A stretch of DNA of 64,000 nucleotides from Cyanobacteriota bacterium (GTDB lineage Bacteria; Cyanobacteriota; Cyanobacteriia; PCC-6307; Cyanobiaceae), in NCBI GenBank assembly GCA_046052125.1, contig JBJOMY010000002.1, positions 477,525 through 541,524 on the forward strand, read 5' to 3'. A program made the translations under genes and the position numbers. This document shows positions 21,047 to 30,850 of the stretch, piece by piece. Numbering within the stretch: the first letter of the stretch is position 1; every line of letters starts with the position of its first letter. The notes below the pieces were generated by a model that ran no database searches, was not told the origin of the DNA, and saw only the letters and a list, made by a program, of their open reading frames with translations.

Positions 21047-24000
21047 AAGCCGCGACGCTGAATGCTGGCGTCCTGGGCCATCCCCGGCGGGGTGTAAGGC
21101 ACGAACGGCACGCCGGTTCCCCGGAAGTTGAAGTCGTTCAGTTTCACGCGAATGCCGCCGATGCCCTGATACGGGCTGTAGTAGATCGCCAGCTCGTAAG
21201 CGCGCCGCTGCCAGCGCAGTTCCACGTAGGAATCCACCACATCGCCGTAGAACTCGGAGCTGGGATCTACGTTCACGCCAACACCGCCGCTGAACATCAA
21301 TGGCCCCACGAGTTGTTGGGTCAAACCGAGGCCAAGCGTGCTGAGGTCGACGATGCGATCAAAGCTGAAGGGGCTCACGCCTTGGCGAAGGGTGCCACCT
21401 CCGGTCACGGTGAACTGGGTGTAGTCGAAGGCGTTTTTCTGCAGATGTCCCAGCGTGATCGTGGGGCCGCCACTGATGCTGAAGGCCTGCTGACTGCTGC
21501 CATCGCCGTAATAGGCGAGGTTCAGGTTGAGGTTGGTGTTGATCGCTAGGCCGGGGACCACCGGGGTCGGACTGAAGCGGGTGGCTTGCTCGCTGCCGGG
21601 ATTGAGCGGCTTGCCGGTCCAGAGGGGCAGTCGGCTGTTGATCGAGCCATACACGCTGGCCCGCCACAGGTCGGCCAGGTTCGTGCTGGTGAATTCCGCT
21701 CCCTGGAAGTTGCCGAAGCCCGCCCGCCAGAACATCCGGTTGCTGATGTTGCCCAGGTTCGGGAGATCGCGGGTTTGCTCCAGCGAAGCCCCGAGGGCCG
21801 AGTACACGTCTTGCTCGCCCAGGGATCCATTCCAGACCCGGTAGCGATAGGCCGCAAACCCACGGGCTGTGGTTTTGCCGATCACGGGCAGGTTGAAGGA
21901 GCGGTGGAGATTGCCCCAGCTGCGGGTGCCATTGGCGAAATTGCTGGGATCAAAGGTGGAGAAATCACCCACCACATCCACGTTCAGGCCGAGCACCCGC
22001 GTGTCGAATTGCGCTAGCAGGCCAAACAGATCGCCGATGCGGGTGGGCTGCGAGCTGGGGGTGGAGCTGATCGGCTCGCCAGGCAGCACGTAGCTGCTGG
22101 TGGTGCCATCGAGGGCACGGCGCACCATGAACTGTGGTTGCAAATTGAGGCTTCCCTTCTCGCCAACCGCGATCGGACTGAGGTTGTAGCCGAGGTAGAA
22201 GCCGTCGCGATCTTCTGAATCCACAGCCGTAACCCAGCGGTTTTCCACCTCCCGGTCTTTCTCAAAGCGTTGGTTGCGCTGGATCGGGATCGGTAGGCGA
22301 TCCTCAAGGATTAGTTGATTAGTGGTGGTGTTGATCACCACGTCGCCATTCGTTTCCTGCCGCGCGATTACGCCGGTGGAATCCACCCAGGTCTGTGCTG
22401 GGGTAAAGGGGTCGTTGCTGAAAGCAGCCCGGTCTGCCTGCCAGCCGGACGGCGTGATTGTGAGTCGGTTGGCCTGCAGGCGCCAGCGGCTGATGGTGCC
22501 CATCACAAACTTTTTGCCTGTGGATGAGAACGTGACGTTCTGCTCCGGTCTGACGCCGCCGAACTGACGCTCCTGGTTCGTTTGTACGGCCAGCTGCTCG
22601 GAGCCGAAACGTTGTTCCGCTTTCAGGCTCTGCTGGAACTCAATTCCGCTGACCCGTTGATCTACTAGGGCCTTGATCGATTCCTGCCTTGTGGCCTCCT
22701 GCTGGGCAGGGGGTAGGCCTGAGCGCTTGGCAGGGTTTTCGCTTGCAAATAGGTTGCTCGTGGCCTGGCGGCTGGATCCAAGGGCCACCTGGTTGAGCTG
22801 TTCGCTGAGCGTTTGGGGCTGGGGCCGGGCTCCTCCGGGGCAACCATCGGGAGGATCCATCTCCACGCGGAAACGTGGCGCGGGACTGCTGCCAAACCGG
22901 TAGCGCATACCCAGGAGGTAGGCATTGCTGCCCTCGCTAACACCGCTGTAGGTCCCATAGGCGCCGGAGCGGTGGTGAATGCGACCCACCAGTGACCATT
23001 CCGGCTTAATCAGGGCTTCCACCTCGAAACCGAGATAGTTGAGGAAGGTGGTGTAGTTCTCACGGAATGTCTTCTCGTAGTTGCTGACATTAGTGTTCAG
23101 GCTCACGCCTTCAAAGAACGCCAAGCTCAGCCAGGGCTGTAGCCAGGCGCGGATACCGAAGCTCCATGTGAATTCGCCGAAGGTCTGGGCGGGCGTATTG
23201 GCGTTTGGAACAGGCTGGTTGAATTCACCACCGGGTTGTTCATCAGCGTGGTGAAGTAGTGCTGTGGAGTCGAACTCAAGGGCAAACGGGCCACCGCGCA
23301 GCAGGCGTTTGTTGAGGCCTACACCCAGTAGGTATTCCGGCCGCATCTGGCCTTTGAACACAAAAGTGTCGCCGAAGTTGGCGTCGATCATTTGCCCGCC
23401 CCAGAGGGTGGTGCTCCAGGGGTAGGGATGCCAGTCGGGAATTGGTGGCAGTGGCGGTGGACATGCCATGGTCTGCGCCATCGGTGAGAGCGCAACCGGT
23501 GGCATGGTGAAGTCCTGGTCCGACAAGGATTTAGGAGTGCCGCTCGCTTCCGGAGTGCTTGTGATGCTGTTTGCCGACCATCCCACCTCGCTAATCAAGT
23601 TGGGATCGCGGAGCGGCGCTGTTTGCAGCTCGTCTTGGATCCGTTCGTTCTGGCGTTGTAGGGATTGGCGGGTGGCCTCACGTTCCCGGCTGGCCGGTGG
23701 CGGCTCAGGCCAGCCGGGGATCGCTTGCTCAATGACGGGCTCAACCAGGTCTTGGGGCAGCTGATCCGGCCAATAGCTCAGTGGCAACAGCGGCGCTGCT
23801 GGCGGTTGGCTGGGGTTGAGATCGAGGGCGGCGCTGTCGAGGTCGAGCACCCCGTACACCTCATCGATCTCGCCGCTGTTTTCGATCAGGCTGTAGCGGA
23901 GCTTGCTCGCCTGGAGGTATTGGTTGCCGCGCTGGAAGCGGATCCGGCCGCTGGCGTAGAGCGTGCGGGTGGCGCTTTCGTATTCGATCCGATCCGCCAG

Positions 24001-24288
24001 CAGACGTCCGCCGGCGAGGATCACCTTGGCGTTGCCAACGGCTACGAACCGATTGGCCAGCAGGTCAAAACCCTGGCTGTCGGCGCTGAGTTCGATCTCG
24101 ATTGGTGGCTTCTGCCCGGGCGTGGCCTCGATCAGCGAAGGCGCAGGCGTTACAGCAGGAGCTGGCGCAGCTGGAGGGGCGGGCTCTGTTGTTGTGACTG
24201 GCTCGGCGGCGCGTGCACTACTGCCAACGGCCACAATCGATGCCGATCCCAGCACCGCAATCAGACGGCGGAGTTGCGGGACGGGCAC
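21043..24288 (-). CDS. DUF3769 / LptD-like outer-membrane LPS-assembly protein
   Basis: Signal peptide, OstA-like N-terminal region (LSADSQ...GN...LLADRIEY) and a beta-rich C-terminus (QQLVGPL...RRAY...YSPY...NDFNFRG). Confidence 0.8.
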   Translation of the reverse strand: MPVPQLRRLIAVLGSASIVAVGSSARAAEPVTTTEPAPPAAPAPAVTPAPSLIEATPGQKPPIEIELSADSQGFDLLANRFVAVGNAKVILAGGRLLADRIEYESATRTLYASGRIRFQRGNQYLQASKLRYSLIENSGEIDEVYGVLDLDSAALDLNPSQPPAAPLLPLSYWPDQLPQDLVEPVIEQAIPGWPEPPPASREREATRQSLQRQNERIQDELQTAPLRDPNLISEVGWSANSITSTPEASGTPKSLSDQDFTMPPVALSPMAQTMACPPPLPPIPDWHPYPWSTTLWGGQMIDANFGDTFVFKGQMRPEYLLGVGLNKRLLRGGPFALEFDSTALLHHADEQPGGEFNQPVPNANTPAQTFGEFTWSFGIRAWLQPWLSLAFFEGVSLNTNVSNYEKTFRENYTTFLNYLGFEVEALIKPEWSLVGRIHHRSGAYGTYSGVSEGSNAYLLGMRYRFGSSPAPRFRVEMDPPDGCPGGARPQPQTLSEQLNQVALGSSRQATSNLFASENPAKRSGLPPAQQEATRQESIKALVDQRVSGIEFQQSLKAEQRFGSEQLAVQTNQERQFGGVRPEQNVTFSSTGKKFVMGTISRWRLQANRLTITPSGWQADRAAFSNDPFTPAQTWVDSTGVIARQETNGDVVINTTTNQLILEDRLPIPIQRNQRFEKDREVENRWVTAVDSEDRDGFYLGYNLSPIAVGEKGSLNLQPQFMVRRALDGTTSSYVLPGEPISSTPSSQPTRIGDLFGLLAQFDTRVLGLNVDVVGDFSTFDPSNFANGTRSWGNLHRSFNLPVIGKTTARGFAAYRYRVWNGSLGEQDVYSALGASLEQTRDLPNLGNISNRMFWRAGFGNFQGAEFTSTNLADLWRASVYGSINSRLPLWTGKPLNPGSEQATRFSPTPVVPGLAINTNLNLNLAYYGDGSSQQAFSISGGPTITLGHLQKNAFDYTQFTVTGGGTLRQGVSPFSFDRIVDLSTLGLGLTQQLVGPLMFSGGVGVNVDPSSEFYGDVVDSYVELRWQRRAYELAIYYSPYQGIGGIRVKLNDFNFRGTGVPFVPYTPPGMAQDASIQRRGF

Positions 24289-24359
24289 CGACGAGCGTTA
24301 AGAGTGCGTGATCCTGACACGTCTGCCGCGGTCGCGCGGAGCAGGCGGCCTGTCCAGGC

Positions 24360-24479
24360 TCATTCCTCGAGGTCTTTGCGGCTGGGGGTGCGGCTGGGAT
24401 CGCTGGCCAGGAAGCCGAACACGAAGATCCCGATGAAGAAGAAAACGACGGAATAAACCGAGATCTTGAGGGCGAGCAT
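24360..24479 (-). CDS. psbI: Photosystem II protein I
   Basis: Manual translation [39 protein letters not shown]. Confidence 0.97.
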   Translation of the reverse strand: MLALKISVYSVVFFFIGIFVFGFLASDPSRTPSRKDLEE

Positions 24480-24579
24480 TGGTTCTGTCCGGCGGTGACA
24501 CGGAGTGACGGGCGCCAAGCGGGCCCTGAATGACCCTGCGGCAGCGGCATCATCCTATGGGTCGTGATCGCGTTGACCG

Positions 24580-27500
24580 ATGCCGGAGGGCCCAGACAGC
24601 GCTGTTCGCTCCTGGATTGAAACGTTTCAGGCCCAATCGCGGTTGGACCTGAGGCCGCTCTGGCGCAGCGTTAGCCCTGACGGTGGCGAGGATCTGGCGC
24701 TGCTGGATCCCTGGGGCGCGGCCCATCGCCCGGATTGGCATGCCCGCGGTCTGGTGATCTGGCCGCGCGGTGGCCGGTGGCTGCGGCTGCGGCTGGAGTT
24801 GCGCTGTCCGCCGGCCTGGCAGCGCCAGCAGCAAGGTGATCGCCTGGCGCGCTTGGTGTTGCGCTGGTGGGCGGATGCAGTGGAGCTGCGGGTGAATGGC
24901 CAGCTGGTGCACCAGGGCGATCTGTTCGACACCGCCTGTCGCTGGCCTCTCCCGGCCGACTGGTGGCAGGGAGCACCGCTCGACCTGGAGCTGCGCTTGC
25001 GCTCCCCTGTGCATGACGACGGCGCCCTGATCACCAGCGCCGTGGAGCAGGAACCCCTCGATGCGGCTGATCCCACCGCGGTTCTCACGGCGCCTCGTTT
25101 AGCTCTGGCAGCCCAGCGCCTGGAGGGCAGCGCTCAGCAGCCGTTGCTCGAGCTGTTGCAGGGGCTGGATCCAGAAGCTCCCGCTACCGCCGCAGCCCTT
25201 GAGCCCTGGCTTCAGCAGCAGGCCGCGGCGCGCCCGGCTGGCTGGGTGCACGTGTTGGGCCATGCCCATCTCGATCTGGCCTGGCTCTGGCCCGTGGCCG
25301 ACACCTGGCAGGCGGCGCTGCGCACGTTTGAATCCGCCCTTGGGCTGATGGAGCGCTATCCGGCGCTGCACTTTGCCCACTCCACACCAGCGCTTTACGC
25401 CTGGATCGAGCAACACCGGCCCGCCCTCTTCGCCCGTCTGCGCGAGGCCATGCAGGCGGGCCGCTTTGAGCCCATCAACGGCCCTTGGGTGGAGAGCGAC
25501 TGCGTACTGATCGGCACCAGTGCGCTGCTTCAGCAGTTCGCCCTCGGGCAGGCCTACAGCCGCAGCCGCTTCCCGGAGTGGCGCCACAACCTCTGCTGGC
25601 TGCCCGACACGTTCGGGTTCAGTGCCGGTCTGCCGGCGGTGGCGCGCAGCACCGGTGTGGAGTGGTTCTGCACCCACAAGCTCGCCTGGAATAGCGGCCA
25701 ACCCTTTCCGCATCGACTGTTCCGCTGGCGCAGCCGCTGCGGTGCTGAACTGATGGCGCTGGCCACGGCGCCGATCGGCACCGATGGCGATCCCCTGGCG
25801 ATCGACCAATACCACCGCCAGTGGCAGGCCGCCACGGGGGTGGATCAGGCCCTTTGGCTACCCGGTGTGGGCGACCACGGCGGTGGCCCTACAGCAGAGA
25901 TGCTCCAGCAGCTGCAGCTCTGGGAGCAGCAACCGCTGGCCAGCCCCCAGCGACACGGAACCCTGCGCGACTACCTCAAGCAGCTTGAGCCCTTGAAGCG
26001 GCAGCTGCCTGTGTGGCGCGATGAGCTGTATCTGGAGCTGCACCGCGGCTGCGCCACCAGTCGGCCGGATCAGAAACGCCACAACCGCAGCCTGGAGCGC
26101 TTGCTGCGGGAGGCTGATCTGGCGCTGGCCTTGCTGCATCTGCATCAGCCTGATCAGCCAACGGCGCCTCCGGCTGATTGGCGCCCGCTGCTGTTCCAGC
26201 AGTTTCACGACATCCTTCCGGGCACCTCGATCCCTGAGGTGTTCGAGCAGGCGGAGCCGCAGTGGCGCCAAGCCCGTCGTCAGGCTCGAAGCAGCCGGGA
26301 TCAAGCGCTCCAGGCGCTGCTCCCCTCCCATCACGGGTGGTGGTTGGCTCAGCTGCAGTTGCAGGCGGCAGGTCCGCGCACGCTGCGGTTGCCCCCCGGG
26401 CACTGGCAGCTGGCCGGTGAGGCGCTTGCACTGCCGCATCAGCCGGCCCCATGCGGCGGCGTCTGGGTGCAGGTGGCCATGCCAGCTGGTGTGGCGGCTC
26501 TGCCATTGCAGCGGCTGGAATCGCCTGATCCGGCGAAGGCGGTTGCCATTCAGCAGCCCGTTCAGCTGACGCGGGGCGATCAGCACTTTCAGCTCAGCAA
26601 CGGGCTCGTGCTGGCGGAGTTCGATCCCTCCGGATTGGTGCAACTGCGCGGCGCTGATGGTGTGCCGCAGCTGCAAGGGCCCCTGGAGTGGTGCCGCTGG
26701 GCGGATCGAGGCGAGTTCTGGGATGCCTGGGACATCGCTGCCAACTACCGAGATCAGCCCCTGCCGCTGCACTGGCAGCCGGGCCCCGAGCTGGCTGAGC
26801 AGGGTCCGCTCTGCACGCGGCTGGTGTGGCGCGGCCATTGCGGCCGCAGCGCACTGCGGCTGGATGTGCAGCTGCGGGCCGCATCGCCCTGGCTTGAGCT
26901 CTCGTTGCAGGTGGATTGGTGCCAGCGCCATGAACTGCTGCGGCTGGAACTTCCCCTGGCGCAGCCCGCTTGGCGCGTTGCGGCGGATACGCCAGCGGGC
27001 GTGCTGGAGCGCCCGGCGGAGCCGCGCAATGGGCGAGAGCAGGCCCGTTGGGAGGTGCCCGCGATCAGTTGGCTGGCGTCTCAGGCGGCGGCCGGCGGCC
27101 TGGCGGTGTTGCTGGATGGCCCCCAAGGGGTGTCGGGGTCGGTGGATCGGCTGGGGGTGTCGCTGCTGCGTGGCCCCACCTGGCCCGACCCTTCGGCTGA
27201 TCAAGGCTTGCAGCGGCTGCGGTTGGCGCTGATGCCCTGCGCGCAGGGTTGGCGCCAGCAGGCGGTGCCGCGCCAGGCCGCCCGCTTCCGTGAGCCCTTG
27301 TGGCTGCGCCCCGCCAGAGGCAGCCAACAGGCTCCCGCCTGGACAGGGTTCAATCTCGGCTCAGAGGCACTGCAGTTGGTGGCTTTTCAGTCCGTGGGCC
27401 AATCCGGCGAAGCCCGGATCACCGTGCAAAACCTCAGCCCGCACCGTCAGCAAGTGCGATGGCCAGAGAAATGGAGGGCGACCCCAGAGGGAGAGCTTGC

Positions 27501-27591
27501 CCCGGATGCCCACACCCTGGCTCCCTGGCAACTGGCCAGTTGGCGTGTGTCTTGCGCCGCAGGGAGCCCCGATGCGGCTCAGTCGTCGTGA
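24580..27591 (+). CDS. Alpha-mannosidase (GH38)
   Basis: GHAHLDLAWLW, WLPDTFG, GVGDHGGGPT, ELYLELHRG and QFHDILPG. Confidence 0.93.
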   Translation: MPEGPDSAVRSWIETFQAQSRLDLRPLWRSVSPDGGEDLALLDPWGAAHRPDWHARGLVIWPRGGRWLRLRLELRCPPAWQRQQQGDRLARLVLRWWADAVELRVNGQLVHQGDLFDTACRWPLPADWWQGAPLDLELRLRSPVHDDGALITSAVEQEPLDAADPTAVLTAPRLALAAQRLEGSAQQPLLELLQGLDPEAPATAAALEPWLQQQAAARPAGWVHVLGHAHLDLAWLWPVADTWQAALRTFESALGLMERYPALHFAHSTPALYAWIEQHRPALFARLREAMQAGRFEPINGPWVESDCVLIGTSALLQQFALGQAYSRSRFPEWRHNLCWLPDTFGFSAGLPAVARSTGVEWFCTHKLAWNSGQPFPHRLFRWRSRCGAELMALATAPIGTDGDPLAIDQYHRQWQAATGVDQALWLPGVGDHGGGPTAEMLQQLQLWEQQPLASPQRHGTLRDYLKQLEPLKRQLPVWRDELYLELHRGCATSRPDQKRHNRSLERLLREADLALALLHLHQPDQPTAPPADWRPLLFQQFHDILPGTSIPEVFEQAEPQWRQARRQARSSRDQALQALLPSHHGWWLAQLQLQAAGPRTLRLPPGHWQLAGEALALPHQPAPCGGVWVQVAMPAGVAALPLQRLESPDPAKAVAIQQPVQLTRGDQHFQLSNGLVLAEFDPSGLVQLRGADGVPQLQGPLEWCRWADRGEFWDAWDIAANYRDQPLPLHWQPGPELAEQGPLCTRLVWRGHCGRSALRLDVQLRAASPWLELSLQVDWCQRHELLRLELPLAQPAWRVAADTPAGVLERPAEPRNGREQARWEVPAISWLASQAAAGGLAVLLDGPQGVSGSVDRLGVSLLRGPTWPDPSADQGLQRLRLALMPCAQGWRQQAVPRQAARFREPLWLRPARGSQQAPAWTGFNLGSEALQLVAFQSVGQSGEARITVQNLSPHRQQVRWPEKWRATPEGELAPDAHTLAPWQLASWRVSCAAGSPDAAQSS

Positions 27592-27719
27592 TCGTCGAAG
27601 GGATCGGTGAGACCTTTGGACGGCGGGCCGAAAGCGGTATAGATGCCAAAGCCGGTGAGGGCCAGCAGCACGGCCAACACGGCCAGTGCCACCGACATGG
27701 CTGGGGACGACGTTTCCAT
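27579..27719 (-). CDS. psbN: Photosystem II assembly protein PsbN
   Basis: Manual translation METSSPAMSVALAVLAVLLALTGFGIYTAFGPPSKGLTDPFDDHDD. Confidence 0.96.
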   Translation of the reverse strand: METSSPAMSVALAVLAVLLALTGFGIYTAFGPPSKGLTDPFDDHDD

Positions 27720-27806
27720 CACAACTCTCGACAGGCACTGCCGCGGCGGCGGCCGCGACCCTTACAGTAACGAGACTGACCCCCCTGCCTGAGAGCACAG
27801 CCCGTC

Positions 27807-28007
27807 ATGGCTCAACGCACCCGCCTGGGAGATCTGCTGCGTCCCCTCAACTCCGAGTACGGCAAGGTTGTTCCCGGCTGGGGAACAACCCCTGTGATGG
27901 GCGTGTTCATGGCCCTGTTCCTGGTGTTCCTGCTGGTGATCCTGCAGCTGTACAACAAGTCGCTGCTGCTCGACGGCATCACCGTGAACTGGAACGGCAT
28001 CAGCTGA
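27807..28007 (+). CDS. psbH: Photosystem II protein H
   Basis: [19 protein letters not shown]. Confidence 0.98.
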   Translation: MAQRTRLGDLLRPLNSEYGKVVPGWGTTPVMGVFMALFLVFLLVILQLYNKSLLLDGITVNWNGIS

Positions 28008-28011
28008 TCGC

Positions 28012-28290
28012 ATGAACGTCTTCGGAGTCGGACTGCCGGAATTGGCGGTCATTGCCGCCATTGGTCTTCTGGTGTTCGGCCCGAAGCGTCTTCCCGAGCT
28101 GGGCAAAACCCTTGGGCGCACGCTCAAGGGTTTCCAGAGTGCGTCGAAGGAGTTCGAGCAGGAGTTCCGGAAGGCCGTGGACACGGTTGAAGCTGAAGTC
28201 ACCGCTTCCACCAACCTCCCGCCGGCAGGCCTGTCCCGTGAGCAGTCGGTTGAGGCTGATGCAGCTGCTGATCGTCCCGCCCAGGGCTGA
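28012..28290 (+). CDS. tatA: Twin-arginine translocase TatA/E subunit
   Basis: FGVGLPE...LLVFGPKRLPELG. Confidence 0.93.
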   Translation: MNVFGVGLPELAVIAAIGLLVFGPKRLPELGKTLGRTLKGFQSASKEFEQEFRKAVDTVEAEVTASTNLPPAGLSREQSVEADAAADRPAQG

Positions 28291-28310
28291 TCAGGATCCT
28301 TCAGCAACCG

Positions 28311-28961
28311 ATGGCTAGTCCTGCAGCATCAGCTCCTTTGCAGCTGCTTGTCGGCCTCGGCAATCCCGGCGACAAGTATTCAGGCACGCGCCACAACGTT
28401 GGCTTCATGGCCTTGGAGCGGCTGGCCGCTCAAGCCGGCAGCAGCTTCAAGCAGCAAAGCAAGTTGCATGGCCTGTTGGCTGAGGTTGGCTCTGGCCCCA
28501 AGCGTCTGAGGCTGTTGATGCCTCAGACCTTCATGAACGACAGCGGTCGCTCGATTCGTGCTGCTCTCGACTGGTTTGGTCTCGAGCCCGAACAGATGCT
28601 GGTGCTCGTGGACGATATGGATCTGCCGCTCGGACGCTTGCGCCTGCGCAGCTCCGGTGGTGCCGGCGGGCATAACGGCCTACGCAGCACGATCACTCAC
28701 CTCGGCGGCCAGGACTTTCCTCGGCTGCGCATCGGCATTGGGGCGCCTGCGCTCAATCCCGTGGAGCGCAAGCAGCGCACCGTGGGGCATGTGCTCGGTC
28801 GATTCGCAGCAGCGGAGCAACCGGTGTTGGATGAAGTGCTGGAGGAGGTGCTCCAGGGCATCGATCTGATGCAGCGGCTCGGGCTGGAGCGTGCTGGTAA
28901 CCGTTTGAACGGTTTCGTGGCGCCCGCCGCCGCCAAGCTGGCAGAAGCCCCCAGCTGCTGA
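28311..28961 (+). CDS. pth: Peptidyl-tRNA hydrolase
   Basis: VGLGNPG, TRHNVGF, FMNDSG and GGHNGLRS. Confidence 0.97.
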   Translation: MASPAASAPLQLLVGLGNPGDKYSGTRHNVGFMALERLAAQAGSSFKQQSKLHGLLAEVGSGPKRLRLLMPQTFMNDSGRSIRAALDWFGLEPEQMLVLVDDMDLPLGRLRLRSSGGAGGHNGLRSTITHLGGQDFPRLRIGIGAPALNPVERKQRTVGHVLGRFAAAEQPVLDEVLEEVLQGIDLMQRLGLERAGNRLNGFVAPAAAKLAEAPSC

Positions 28962-28972
28962 GCGCCCCTGTT

Positions 28973-29230
28973 GTGAGTCGTCTGCCCGCCACCACTGCTC
29001 AGCTGCGGGTGCTGCAGCAGAGCTTCAGCCAGCGCCGTCTGGAAGGGGAGGTGAGTGCCGGCGGGTTCCAGTGGACCTTCTGCTGGTTCTTTGATCGGGG
29101 GGAGTTGCAGGTGGAGCCCTCCCTGGGCCGGGCTCTGATTCACGATGCCCTGCTGCGGTTTTTGCTCAAAGCCGACTACCAGCTCGAGCCAGGCGGCGAC
29201 TACGCCTTCACCGTGCGCGCCAAGTTTTAA
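28973..29230 (+). CDS. DUF3146-like protein
   Basis: LPATTA...GEVSAG...VEPSLGRALI...LEPGGDY. Confidence 0.8.
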   Translation: MSRLPATTAQLRVLQQSFSQRRLEGEVSAGGFQWTFCWFFDRGELQVEPSLGRALIHDALLRFLLKADYQLEPGGDYAFTVRAKF

Positions 29231-29658
29231 GCGGCTAACCAGCGCAGGTTGCTCGGGCGCTTGAGCTGGGCGCTGAGGTGGCGTTCCAGCAGGATCTGGG
29301 CCACCACATCGTCCACATCCCGTGGCGGAAGGCGCAGGCCTCCGGGCAGTAAGCGCCGCCAGCCCCGCGCGGGTTCCAGCTCCCAGTAACGCTGCCGTGC
29401 CTCCAGGGTGGTGCCGGCTTCCGCCACCACCAGTGCTGGCAGCTGTTGCTCAGCCAGCCACTGTTGCCAGGGTTTGCTGCCGGTGCCATTGCCGAGCACC
29501 ACGCCATCGCAGCGCTCGGCGCTGATCCACTCGAGCAGCTGCTCACGGCAGCGCTGCGGCGGCAGCACGCCCGCTTCAAGCACCAACAGCTTGTGGCTGT
29601 CGGCTACAACCAACCCGCATTTGCTGCGGCCCGGATCGATGCCCGCCAGGTGCCTCAA
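29227..29658 (-). CDS. YqgF/RuvX-like RNase H-fold nuclease
   Basis: GIDPGRSKCG, LGNGTGS, TTLEAR and VDDVVAQ. Confidence 0.85.
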   Translation of the reverse strand: MRHLAGIDPGRSKCGLVVADSHKLLVLEAGVLPPQRCREQLLEWISAERCDGVVLGNGTGSKPWQQWLAEQQLPALVVAEAGTTLEARQRYWELEPARGWRRLLPGGLRLPPRDVDDVVAQILLERHLSAQLKRPSNLRWLAA

Positions 29659-30812
29659 CGGCTCACCGCCCGGATCTCCACCACCACAGGATCGGCCAGG
29701 TCGCTGCTCTGGCGGGAGATCGCTTGCAGTTGCACCGCCTGTCCGGCAGGGCGGTTGCTCAGATCAGCACTCAGTTGGTTGATCCTGCCCGCATCGAATT
29801 GCAGGCCGCTGGCCAGACTGCCCTGCCGCTGCACCGTGTTGTAAGCCGAGGCCAGCAGCAGGTTGAGGCGGCTGCGTACCTGCTCGATGCTGCGTTCATC
29901 ACCTTCGAGCACGGTGGAAGCCAGCTGCTCTCCGGCCTTCACCACGAGCTTGTTGCGGCGCACATCGGGGAAGGCCACCACCTGCCGTTCACCCTTGAGC
30001 ACGTTGGCGGCGGAGAGCAGGCTCACCACCCAGTCGCCCGGTTTGCTGAGGATGCCTTCGAGTTTGGTGATGTCGCTGCGGGGTACCAGCAGGATCTGGC
30101 GGTTGGGGGTTTGTCCGGGCAGCACCCGCTGATACACGTTGGTGTTGGTCTGGCGCAGCAGCGCCTCGATCACAGCCTTGGCCTGGTCGGGGCGCTCGAT
30201 GCGCACCTTGGCGATCTCCAAGGGCTGGCCACTGCTGATCACCACGTCGCCGCGGCGCAGGGCGATCAGGTTGGTTTCCAGTTGCTCCAGTTCTTTGGCG
30301 CCGGCACTGATCCGCGCGTTGAGCTTGGCCAGTTCATCGCGGTTCCGGCGGATGTCGGCATCTTTTGCCCCGATCTCGCGGCTGAGTTGATCGCGCTCCT
30401 GTTCGAGCTGGCGGCGCTGCTGTTGAAGCGGCGCTAGCTCCTTGCGCAGCGCCGTTGCCTGCGCTTCCACCGTGGCCAGTTGCCGCCGAGCCTGTTCGCG
30501 CCCTCGCTCAGCAGTGACCAGTTCGCCTCGGCTGCGCACGAGCGCTTCTCTGCCATCGCGCAGGCGCCGCTCCAGCTGGTCCAGTTCGAACAGGCCGGTA
30601 CGCAATCGATCGCTCACCAGCAGCATCAGCCCCAGGGAGATCGCGCTGATCAGGCTGCCGGTGAGCACCGTGATCACTACGGCGGTGCGGCGCGGGCGCA
30701 TGCCCAGCAGGCTCAGGCGCGCTTTGCCCACCTTGGATCCAAGCCTGTCGCCCAGGGTGGAGAGCACTCCCCCCAGCAACAGCAACGCCAGGATCAGCAG
30801 CCAGCCGGACAC
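29655..30812 (-). CDS. DUF3084 membrane-anchored coiled-coil protein
   Basis: GDRLGSKVGKARLSL..RPRRTA followed by a long coiled coil. Confidence 0.85.
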   Translation of the reverse strand: MSGWLLILALLLLGGVLSTLGDRLGSKVGKARLSLLGMRPRRTAVVITVLTGSLISAISLGLMLLVSDRLRTGLFELDQLERRLRDGREALVRSRGELVTAERGREQARRQLATVEAQATALRKELAPLQQQRRQLEQERDQLSREIGAKDADIRRNRDELAKLNARISAGAKELEQLETNLIALRRGDVVISSGQPLEIAKVRIERPDQAKAVIEALLRQTNTNVYQRVLPGQTPNRQILLVPRSDITKLEGILSKPGDWVVSLLSAANVLKGERQVVAFPDVRRNKLVVKAGEQLASTVLEGDERSIEQVRSRLNLLLASAYNTVQRQGSLASGLQFDAGRINQLSADLSNRPAGQAVQLQAISRQSSDLADPVVVEIRAVSR

Positions 30813-30850
30813 AACCTTGAGCGACGACGCTCAGTATCGACGGGAAGCGC

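Noticed and set aside
24580..27591. Large GH38 mannosidase between psbI and psbN, as a possible insertion
   Set aside because: Composition matches the host, there are no mobility signatures, and I recall this arrangement as common in picocyanobacteria.
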